In this document: piece by piece, positions 12,001-24,000 of the stretch
Layout of the letters: the number at the start of each line of letters is the position of its first letter
Position numbering within the stretch: position 1 is the first letter of the stretch
Assembly: GCA_949358305.1 (NCBI GenBank)
Contig: OX442314.1
Coordinates: 744,001 to 808,000 of the forward strand
Length of the DNA: 64,000 nucleotides
DNA from: Strigamia acuminata
Lineage: Eukaryota
Direction of reading: 5' to 3'
Translations under genes and position numbers: made by a program
Notes under the pieces: model-generated
What the model was told of the DNA's origin: nothing
What the model saw: the letters and a program-made list of their open reading frames with translations, nothing else
The model's database searches: none

Positions 12001-15000
12001 ATTGCTAAAAATTAGTAAAAATCGGTTTAAAAAACGTAAAAATTGGTTAAAAAATGGTAAAAAATGGTAAAAATTGAAACAAATTAGTAAAAATCGGTTA
12101 AAAAAAGGTAAAATTTGGTAAAAATGGTAAAAATTTATAAGAATGAAGTAAAATTTAGTAAAATTTAAAAAATATTATAAAATCGCGTAAATCAGTTACT
12201 TGTATTTTTGCAGCTTTTTCCTCCGGTGCGACGGATTTCATGGCCGCATCCAGCGTCTGGTTACTACAATTTATCCAATTATTGTATTCGTCCATCTTGG
12301 CATTAAGGTTGTTCCATTTAGTCAACGTTTGCTCCATCTGCACGACGCGTGTCGTGACCGTCGTGATGATTGTCGTGATTCTTTCCTCAATGAAAGCCGC
12401 TTCCCTTTCCATCAAATTGCGCTGATCGGGGGTCAGCACGGCCGCCAAACTCTTCTTCATGCTGTGCAGCTTCTGCAACATGGCGGCGCTCGTTTCTCGC
12501 AACTGCGAACTCAATTCCTGAATTTAAAAAACAATTATTTATCAGCACAAAAGTCAAAAAAATCGATTTGGGCGTTCAAATTGACGAATCACAGAACCGG
12601 GAACCGGGAAATTTGAAAAAAATAACCGGTTCCGTCCAAAATTGTCAAAACGTTGCTGAAATGTCATTGAAACGTTACGTTTTATAACGTTTCAATAACA
12701 AAACGGCCATTTTTGACGAAAAACGACAATTTTTACCATGAAAAATGGCTAAAAATGGCCATTTTGACGAAAAACGACAATTTTTACCATGAAAAATGGC
12801 TAAAAATGGCCATTTTGACGAAAAACGACAATTTTTACCATGAAAAATGGCTTAAAATGGCCATTTTGACGAAAAACGCCCAATTTTATCCATTTTTCGT
12901 CGTCTGAGGCCTGACCTTTTTTAGTCCCGAGAGTATTGGCCATTTTGGTACCGGGAACCAGGAATTAAAAAAAGGCGGGAAAACAGAAACCCTATTCAAA
13001 TCCAACCTGTTTGGCTTTCAGTTCTTTTCTTAGAGTGGGGAAATCGTGCGATGCGGTCAGTTTGGTCAGCTCGCTGTCAGCTTGTTCGAGTAGTCGTTGC
13101 AGTTCGTTCTTCTGCTCCTCGTATTCGTGCCAGGTTTCTTTCGTGCCTTTGAGCAGTTTGAGTTTTGACGTTGTTTGGGTGTAGATTTCTTTCCACTCCT
13201 TTTCCAATTTGTCCACGTGGCTCGAGACGAATTGCGGAGCGCTGGATTCTTTCTGCAGCTCTCGACCGTGTTGCACGGTGCTGATTATTTTACTTCGTTG
13301 TTCCTCGAGTTGCTGCAGAAGTTTCTGTGGAAAAATTTAATAACATCAAATGAGTTGCATGTAAAAAATGGTTAAAAATGACTAAATTTGAATCAAAAAT
13401 AACCAAAAATGACTAAATTTGAGCCAAAAATAGCCAAAAATGACTAGATTTGAGTAAAAAATAGTTGAAAATGACGAAATTTAAGTCAAAAATGGTTGAA
13501 AATGACGAAATTTGAGTCAAAAATAGCCAAAAATGACTAATTTTGAGTCAAAAATAGCCAAAAATTACTAAATTTGAGTCAAAAATGGTTGAAAATGACT
13601 GAATTGGAGTCAAAAATGGTTGAAAATGACGAAATTTGAGTCAAAAATAGCCAAAAATGACTAATTTTGAGTCAAAAATAGCCAAAAATTACTAAATTTG
13701 AGTCAAAAATGGTTGAAAATGACTAAATTGGAGTCAAAAATAGCCAAAAATGACTAAATGAAGAAATTCATGCTGAAAAATAATTAATAAACGATCCAAA
13801 CAACACACCTGTTGTTGTAAAATGAGTTGGTCTAGTTTGTTCAGACTCTGCGGTCTTTCGTCCTGCCCCGACACTTTCTGCTTCTCCTTGAGCCAAGTGA
13901 CCACCTGCTCCACCTCTTCCTTATATATAAAACACTTGGTGATCGTGTCCACCCTCACAGTGGTAATCTCAATATTCGGCAGAAGCGACTTGTACCGCGC
14001 GATGAGCGCCTCCAACTTCCTCTGCTCGGCGAGCGCGTCCTCTTCCGTCGCGCGCAGAATCAAACTGTCCAACATCTGCACCAACCACTTCATCTCCCCG
14101 CGCCGACTGTCCACTTCCTCGCAGATTTTCTATCAGAAAACACGAAAAAAAACGTCAATTTCAATTTTTAGAAATTCAATTTCACGTTACCCTCATTTTT
14201 CCGATCTGTTGCATTAAACAAGCAATGCAAGAGTTAAGATGGCGGATTCATAATAGGGTTGCACCGAATATTCGTTTTGTAATTGGCCTTATTCGGCCTA
14301 AAAACCGAAAACTGCATTTTTTATACGAAAAAATTCAATTTTCACTATTAAATTGCAATTATTACCTAAAAAACGCAAATTGTACAATAAAAAGTCAATA
14401 TTTATATTAAAAATGAAATTTTTAAGGCAATAATTGCATTTTCTCTGTAAAAATTGCTTTTCACAGGCAAAAATTGCACTTTTTAGGCAAAAATCGCTAT
14501 TTTTAGGCAAAAATCGCTATTTTTAGGCAAAAATTGCATTTTTTTTTTAGAAAAAAGACATTTTAAACCTAAAAAATTACATTTTTTGGTTAAAAAGAAC
14601 ATTTTAGATCCTAAAAACTGCATTTATTAGATAAAAAGTAAATTTTTTCAGCAAAAAATGACTTTTTTTCAACGTAAAAAGTTTTTTTTTTTTAATATTC
14701 GGTTATTCGGCTTTTTTAATATTCGGTTATTCGGCTTTTTGAATATTCGGTGCAACCCTTTTTTTTCATAACGATTCGTTTTGTTCACCTGGAATTTGAC
14801 TTTGAAGTCTTCAAATTCCTCCATGGTTTGCGCCTCTTGCGAGAGTCTGGCGACGGATTGCTCCACGTCGTCCATCCATCGTTCGAGGGCGTGGAATTTG
14901 CGTCGGTATTCGGTCCACTGCTGCGGGATTTGTTTGAGTTGGGTTTGGAGGTCGCAGATGCGACTTTCTAGGTCTTTCATTTGTTGTTGGGTTTGGCGCA

Positions 15001-18000
15001 CTTTGAGGCTCATTTCTGTTTTGTCGGTGGAATCTGTGTGAGATTCGGTGATTGTCTTCATTTTATTTACACATTCTAGAAGTCGGGATAAATTGTTGCT
15101 GTTTTCAAATATTTCCTGAAAGGGAAAATAAGTTATTTCAACAGAGAAGTTTGAATAAATTTAATAATTTGAAATTTTTTTAACAAATTTCTCGTGAATT
15201 TTGATCAAATTTGGTAAATTTTTCACGAATTTTAATCAAATTTGATAAATTTTTCACGAATTTGATAAATTTTTCACGAATTTGATAAATTTTTCACGAA
15301 TTTGATAAATTTTTCACGAATTTGATAAATTTTTCACGAATTTGATAAATTTTTCACGAATTTGATAAATTTTTCACGAATTTGATAAATTTTTCACGAA
15401 ATTTCATCAAATTTAGTAAATTTTTCATAAATTTTCATCAAATTTGGTACATTTTTTACGAATTTTCATCAAATTTGGTACATTTTTTACGAATTTTCAT
15501 CAATTTTGGTACATTTTTTACGAATTTTTATCAAATTTGTTAAATGTTTCACGAATTTTCATCAAAGTTGGTAAATTTTTCACGAATTTTTATCAAATTT
15601 GGTACATTTTCACGAATTTTCATCAAATTTGGTACATTTTTAACGAATTTTTATCAAATTTGGTACATTTTTCACGAATTTTCATCAAATTTGATAAATT
15701 TTTCACAAATTTTTATCAAATTTGGTACATTTTTAACGAATTTTTATCAAATTTGATCAATTTTTCACAAATTTTTATCAAATTTGATAAATTTTTCACG
15801 AATTTTCATCAAATTTGATAAACTTTTCACGAATTTGACAATACACGACCAATTTTTCGCAAATTTTGTCACAATTTCTGAAACAATGGTCGAAATAATT
15901 ACACGACTGATCGAAGCATTAACGCGTTTTTACTTGGTGTTTCCGCACAAGATAATCCACATTTTCATTTTGATTAAATTCAGTTTCTTGAGACACGAGT
16001 TCCTTCTCCATTTCCCTGTAGAGTTGTTGGAATGTCGTTTCGTTAAGGCGGAATTCCAATTTCAATAAATGCGAAGGCACTTTATCAACAATTTCCTAAG
16101 AAAAAAAAATCATTTATTTCATTTATTATTTAAATTTCATTCTCACCTTCCATCTGCGTTCGTAATGAGCAACAATATCTTCAACTTTTGCATGTTGAGA
16201 AGTGGACAGACACGCCAACAAATCACCCGACGCATCTTTTAAATTCTGCACCAAATGTTGGGTGTTTTGACTAAAAAACGATTCGTACTGGCGCATAACA
16301 CTTTCGCTCCTCGTCGATTTCTCCTCCAACAAACGACTCGCTTCGGCCAGCCACTCGTCCAATGTCTTTTGCGTTTCGGTAAACAGCAACCACGAACGGA
16401 GCACTTTCTCCAAATGCTGCTCCCACTGGCGCGCCATTGTCACTTGAGTCTAAAACAAACAAAAATTATTTTAAATTTCACAAAAAAAAAATTTTCCTTA
16501 ATATTTTGTAGTTTATTTGTAACTGTTTGAGTTTATTTTCAACGTTTTTGAGTTTATTTTGAACTTTTTTGAGTGAATTTTGATTGTTTTGAACTTTTTT
16601 TGAGTTTATTTTGAACTTTTAGATTTAATTTTGATTTTTTTCAACTTTTTTTGAGTTTATTTTCATTTTTTTGAACTTTTTTGACTTTATTTTCATTTTT
16701 TTGAACTTTTTTGACTTTATTTTGATTAATTTGAACTTTTTTGAGCTTATGAAATTTATTTTCGACTTTTTCGAACACTTTTTCCATTTAATACCTGGAA
16801 TCTTCGATTGAGTTGCGTGAGTTGCAACAGCGTAGTTCCTGTATCCATCGCGTGCGCATCGCCATTCATACTTGACACAATACTCTCGTGTATTTTATTT
16901 TTACTCTCGAGCATCGACCGGTAATACAAAGTCCGCGCAAAAAAATTCTAAAAACACATAAAATCAAAATCAAAATAAATTTCAAATTTTAAAACTGAAT
17001 CACTCCCAAAAACCCACCCGATGTTTATCGAGCAATTTCCGGATGTGCTCGGGCGACTCGGTGAGCGAATGCGACGCGAGCAACACATCGCCTTCGTCCA
17101 ACCACCGACTCAGCTCCGCGAACCCTTTCTCCAGCGCCTCTTGCTGCGCCAACAACTGCTGATACAAATAAATGCGACTGGGAATCGTGGCGCGAATCCT
17201 CACGATCGCTTCTTTCACCTGAAAAAATTAAAAAAAAATTAAAATTAAAATAAAATAAATTAATTTTCTATTTACTTTTTTCAAATCCGTCATCATTTTA
17301 TCCACTTCGTCTCGCGAAACCTCCTGGATGAGACACTGCGCTTTCTTCGACACGTTTTTAAACAAATTCTGAATGTCGTCGCCCTGTTGCTGCAAATGCT
17401 GAACAGAATCGAAAAAAACATTAAAATTAAAATGATAAATTATGTGCAAAAATGACCAAAAACTGATGAATTAAGTGCAAAAATGACCCAAAAACTGATG
17501 AATTAAGTGTAAAAATGACCAAAAACTGATGAATTAATTGCAAAAATGACCAAAAACCGATGAATTAAGTGTAAAAATGACCAAAAACTGATGAATTAAG
17601 TGCAAAAATGACCAAAAACTGATAAATTACTTGTAATTGTTCGAGGAGCGATTGCAAGACGTCGACCGAGCACGATAGTTTGGCGTCGGTCAAAAGTCTT
17701 TCGGCTTTGGTCACCCAATCTTGCAGTTTGGTCATTCCCGTCCGGTATTCGTGTTTGTGCTTCATTAACTCGCCCGCCACGAGATAGTCGTGCACCTGCA
17801 AACGAGAAAATTCGTTTTCAGCGAACGAGAATGAAGGAAATTGTTGTCATCATTTATTTACGCACTTTCATGATGAGTAATTCCCATCGCTGGTCGATGT
17901 TTAGCATTTTGTTGCTGATTTCTTGAGAGATTCTTTCCACGCAGGCGGTTTGCAGAAAGTTTCCGGATTCGTGGAACGATTCGTAGCGTTCTTTCCACAC

Positions 18001-21000
18001 GTTTAAATCGTGGAAGAATTCCTAAAAATTACGTAATGATATGTAACAATTTTTTATACATATAAAGCCAAAAAGTGCATTTTTACATGCAAAAATGCAT
18101 AATCTAGTGCAAAATTACAAAACCTTTAAGGAAAAAGTGCATTTTACCATGCAAAATTGTATAATCTGGTGCAAAAATACAATTTTTATGTGCAAAAACG
18201 CATAATCTGGTGCAAAAGTACAATTATTATATGCAAATGTGCAATATTTTACACAAAAAAGTGCATTTTTACACACAAAAAGTGCATTTTTACACAAAAA
18301 AGTGCATTTTTACACATAAAAGTGCATTCTTACACAAAAAAACTGCATTTTTACATGCAAAAATGAATAATCTGGTGCAAAATTACACAAATTCTGAGGA
18401 AAAAGTGCATTTTTACGTGCAAAAATGCATAAACTGGTACAAAAATACAATTTTTATGTGCAAAAATGCAACAATTTACACAAAAAAGTGCATTTTTACG
18501 AACAAGAATTGCAAAAATATAAGCCTTTTTTTAATCCTACTCAATCCCTTACTATTCTTTCGCCTTCAGTGCCCTTAGCAGCCCTCTCCGCACTGCTAAG
18601 CCACTGTTCAAAACAGTCGTAATTAGTCAGAAAATATTTCCACGACGAGATGAGTTGCTGCAACATCGTTTTCATGCACTGCAACTCGACGGTCACGGAT
18701 CGCCACTGTTCCTTCACGTCCCTAAGCAACTGATCGACAGTTTCCACCGCCTTAGCGTCGTGCATCACTTTCGCCTTGTACGCGTCGGCCGCGCACTGCA
18801 TTTCATCGTACGCTCTGTCAAACTCCAAAATAACGTGCTTCACGTCCACGTACTCCTAAATAAAAATAAATTAATTGCATTAAAAATAGGGTTGCAGAGA
18901 ATATTCGTTTTGTATTCGGTTATTATTACCTAAAAAACACAAATTGTACAATTAAAATTCAATATTTATTTTTAAAATAAAATTTTTAAAGCAATAATTG
19001 CATTTTTCCTGTAAAAATTGCTTTTCACAGGCAAAAATTGCACTTTTTAGGCAAAAATTGCTATTTTTAAGCAAAAATTTCTATTTTTAGGCAAAAATTG
19101 GTATTTTTAGGCAAAAATTGGTATTTTTAGGCAAAAATTGATATTTTTAAGCGAAAATTGCTATTTTTAGACGAAAATTGCTATTTTTACGTGAAAATTG
19201 ATATTTTGAGGCAAAAATTAGCTATTTTTAGGCAAGAATTGCTATTTTTAGGCAAAATTCGCTATTTTTAGGCAAAATTCGCTATTTTTAGGCAAAATTC
19301 GCTATTTTTAGGCAAAAATCGCTATTTTTAGGCAAAAATCGCTATTTTTAGGCAAAAATTGCTATTTTTAAGCAAAAATTGCAAACTAAAAATTAAAACA
19401 CATGTCGTCAACATTTTCGAGTTACGACTTTCAACCGACCCGAAATTCGCCCGCTAAATTCTCGACGTCTTGAAGCGATCCGTATTTGCTCGTCCAAGTT
19501 TGGATCTTCCTCTTGGTTTTGTTGATGATCGTCAGCGAATTCAGACACTCCTGCTCGAACATCAAACACAACCGTCTTCGTTCGCTGAGCAGCAACACGC
19601 GTTCGAGCCGCTCTTGGATTTCCTGCAGGTGCTCGGCGCACACGTTTCGCGCGACCGCCGAATTTTTCGCCGCGTCAAACTCGCGTTGCACGGCGGGAAG
19701 GTTCTGGAAGAATTCCTGGAAACGTAAAACGCACATTTAGAGGGAAAATTAATATTTTACAAGTTTTTTCACTTTGTGGTCGTGGAGTTTGGCCGTGACG
19801 AATTCCAAGTCGCTTTCCACGAGCGTCGGCGGCACGATCTCCGAACTGAGGAGTTTCTCGGCCTTGTGCAGCCAATCGGTGATGCTGTTGAACGGCGACG
19901 GCAGGTTGGCGTCGAGGCGGCGCTGCCATTCGTACATTCCGTTCTGGAAACGCGTCCATAAGGTCTCGATTTCCCTCCATAAACTCTCCGTTACGAAGAC
20001 GGAGACTTTCGATTCGAATCGCGTTCGAATTCTGTCGTACGTTTCTTCTTTTTCGTTCATTTCGTTTCGTATATTAAAATATTGCTGCAAAATGATACAT
20101 TTTTAGTCTAAAATGTTGAATTTTAATAGATATTTGAGTGAAAATCACTGATTTTAATCAATTTTTGTGTGAAAATCACTGATTTTAATCAATTTTTGTG
20201 TGAAAATCACTGATTTTAATCAATTTTTGTGTGAAAATCACTGATTTTAATCAATTTTTGTGTGAAAATCACTGATTTTAATCAATTTTTGTGTGAAAAT
20301 CACTGTTTTTAATCAATTTTTGTGTGAAAATCACTGATTTTAATCAATTTTTGTGTGAAAATCACTGATTTTAATCAATTTTTGTGTGAAAATCACTAAT
20401 TTTAATCGATGTTTAGTGTAAAATTTTACAGTTTAATCTTTGTTTTAATGTAAAATCTTCCATTATAATCGATGTTTAGTGTAAAATTTTACAGTTTAAT
20501 CTGTTTTAATGTAAAATCTTCGATTATAATCGATTTTTATGTAAATCTTACACTTTAATCGATTTTTGTGTGAAAATCACTGATTTTAATCGATTTTTAG
20601 TGTAAAATTTTACATTTTAATCGATTTTTAGTGTAAAATTTTACATTTTAATCGATTTTTAGTGTACAATTTTACATTTTAATCGATTTTTCGTGCAAAA
20701 TCTTCGATTTTAATAAATTTTTCGTGTAAAATCTCAGATTTCAACCGATTTTTGTGTAAAATTTTATACTTTAATCGATTATTTTCTGTAAAATCTTCAA
20801 TTTTATTAAATTTTTCGCGTAAAATCTCAGATTTCAACCGATTTTCTACCGTATAATCGAAGGAATTTTGTTGATTCGCATCATCAACAACAGTCAAAAC
20901 TCGCAGAACCCAAGACCGCAACTCATCCGTCTCGGTCCGCTCCACTTCAGCCATCGTCGGCTGCTCCGCTTTAATCCGCGTACCCAACTCGGGGTACTTA

Positions 21001-24000
21001 TGCAAAAATTGAGCAACATAAGTCATGATTGAACGCTCGTCCGGCTGCGGCACGTCCACATCTAAAAAAAAACCAAAACAACAACAAAAACTCATTCAAT
21101 TCCACCAATCCCACGGACCTTCGGGGTCCAAAAGCCGCGCAATGCCCAGATGTTTCTCTGCCAAATCGAACGCCATTTCCAACCGATCCCGATTCGTCAA
21201 GAAACGCAACGCGTTCCAATCCACGAGACCGGGCCGGATCGAACTGATGAGAGCTAAAAACGCGTATCCGTCTCTCCAACTCGGACCGAAATCCGAAACG
21301 ACGACGCCGTGTCTCCTGCAAAATAAAAATCGAAATAAAAATAAAAATCGAAATAAAAATCGAATTTCAGTTGAATTTACGTCGAAATGACCGCTTTGAC
21401 CCACTGCAAGAGGGCCTTGCGAGCGCCGGAGCGCAGGTCTCGGGCCAAACTCGGCACCATTCGTCGTCTGGTCGGCGACTGTTTCCACGACGATTCCATT
21501 TCGTGCGGGCTCCCGGCGCTTTCCAAGCTGCTGGTGCTGCCCGCTTGGAGGTGGTACATCTGCTCGCCGAGAGAACGGGTCTTTTCTTCGATCTGAACGA
21601 GAATCGAAGAATTTTTAACAAACGAGAGTTTCAATTTGGTGGAGAAATCAGTGGTGGTGCCGAGGGAATGGTTTAAAATTATGTTCGCTTCGTTTTTGGC
21701 AATTAAAATAATGTTTTTATGTAAAATTAATGCAGTTTTAGGCGAATTAAATTAGTTTTGCATGTAAAAATACATTTTTAAGTCAATAAAATTCATTTTT
21801 GCATGTAAAAATTCATTTTTAAGTCAATAAAATTCATTTTTGCATGTAAAAATTCATTTTTAAGTCAATAAAATTCATTTTTGCATGTAAAAATTTATTT
21901 TGTCGTGTAAAAATTCATTTTTGCATGTAAAAATTCATTTTTGCATGTAAAAATTCATTTTTGCATGTAAAAATTCATTTTTGCATGTAAAAATTCATTT
22001 TTGCATGTAAAAATTCATTTTTGCATGTAAAAATTCATTTTATTGACTAAAAAATGTATTTTAACATGCAAAACTAATTTAATTCGCCTAAAACTGCATT
22101 TTTGCATGCATAAAATCATTTTTAGCTGCAGAAAATTAATTTTTCGGTGAATAAAATCATTTTTAGGTGCATAAAATCATTTTTAGGTGCATAAAATCAT
22201 TTTTTTATGTGCATAAAATCATTTTTAGGTGCATAAAATTATTTTTAGGTGCATAAAATCATTTTTAGCTGAAGAAAATTAATTTAAGTACAGAAAATAA
22301 GTTTTAGGTGCAAAACTAGTCCATCACAAACAAAAAACTGCATTTTCATGTACGTAAAATCACTTAATCTTGAAAAAATTCATTTCTAAGTGCAAAAATA
22401 ATCCATCGCAATAATAAAACTCCATCTAAACATGCAACGACATTTTTTCAAGATAAAACGAGGACAAAAATCTCGTTTTGAGGCCAAATTTTCCACCCTA
22501 TCTCGCCACCGCGTGTTAAAATATTTAAACATCGCACTTGGAAAAACAAAATAATCGTCCAAATGAGTCCCAACACGACGGGAGGACGCCCGTCCACAAC
22601 ATCGGAGGCGTTGATGTTGACCAATTTGACCTTCAACAAAAAAAATAAATAAATCCATTCCCATTTCGCCGTCTCGTAAATCTTTTATTACCCTTTTGCG
22701 CTCGAGGAATTGCAGAGCGGTGTTGACATTGCTGAGGAAATGAGGACGACGGAGTATCCGACCGCGTTCCACGGGCTAAATAAACAAAATAAAATAAAAC
22801 ATTTAAAATACACTCCAAACTCTTTACAACGAATCCCAAAAAACCCGAAAAATCGATTCGTTACAGCGAGAATTCGTCATATCAAAATTTTTTAACATGG
22901 TGTTCTATACGGCCAGCCGTTATAACGAAATTTCGTTATAAATAAAATTTTATGTTTTTTAAATATTTTTATATAACGAAATTTCGTTATAAATAAAATT
23001 TTGTTTTTTTAAATATTTTAAGACAACGAAATTTCGTTATAAATAAAATTTTATGGTTTTTAAATATTTTTGTATAACGAAATTTCGTTATAAATAAAAT
23101 TTTATGTTTTTTAAAAATTTTTTTATAACGAAATTTCGTTATAAATAAAGTTTTATGTTTTTTAAATATTTTTATATAACCAAATTTCGTTATAAATAAA
23201 ATTTTATGTTTTTTAAAAATTTTTTTATAACGAAATTTCGTTATAAATAAAATTTTATGTTTTTTAAATATTTTTATATAACCAAATTTCGTTATAAATA
23301 AAATTTTATGTTTTTCAATTTTTTTATATAACCAAATTTCGTTATAAATAAAATTTTATGTTTTTTAAATATTTTTATATAACCAAATTTCGTTATAAAT
23401 AAAATTTTATGTTTTTTAAATATTTTTATATAACGAAATTTCGTTATAAATAAAATTTTATGTTTTTTAAATATTTTTATATAACGAAATTTCGTTATAA
23501 ATTAAATTTTATGTTTTTTAAATATTTCGTTATAACGAAATTTCGTTATAAATAAAATTTTATGTTTTTTAAATATTTTTATATAACGAAATTTTATGTT
23601 TTTTAAATATTTTTATATAACGAAATTTTATGTTTTTTAAATATTTTTTAACCAGTCGTTCTCCGGAAAGGACTTGGAGTAAAGCGATTAATCGGGTTCC
23701 ATCTCGAATATCTTCAATCAGATCGTTGAGACGTAATGGAGGGACATGCTAAAAAAAAAATATAATAAATAAATTAATAAAAATAAAAAAAAACAAAAAA
23801 ATAAAAAAAACTACCTGAACGAGGCAGGAATTAATCCAATTAACAAAAGTCTTCTTCTGCACACGCTCCTGCTCATCTAATAAATAAACAAAACAAATCA
23901 ATACAGCAAAACAAAATCCCAAATGTCAAGCAGTGCAGTGCAGTGCAGTGCAGCCCTCCAAAAGCCACACAGGGGCAATTTCCTCGTCGAAAGTTGACAC

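Noticed and set aside
22921..23648. CRISPR-like array of palindromic repeats
   Set aside because: The spacers are near-identical rather than unique, there are no cas genes, and it lies in a eukaryotic intron; it is a minisatellite.
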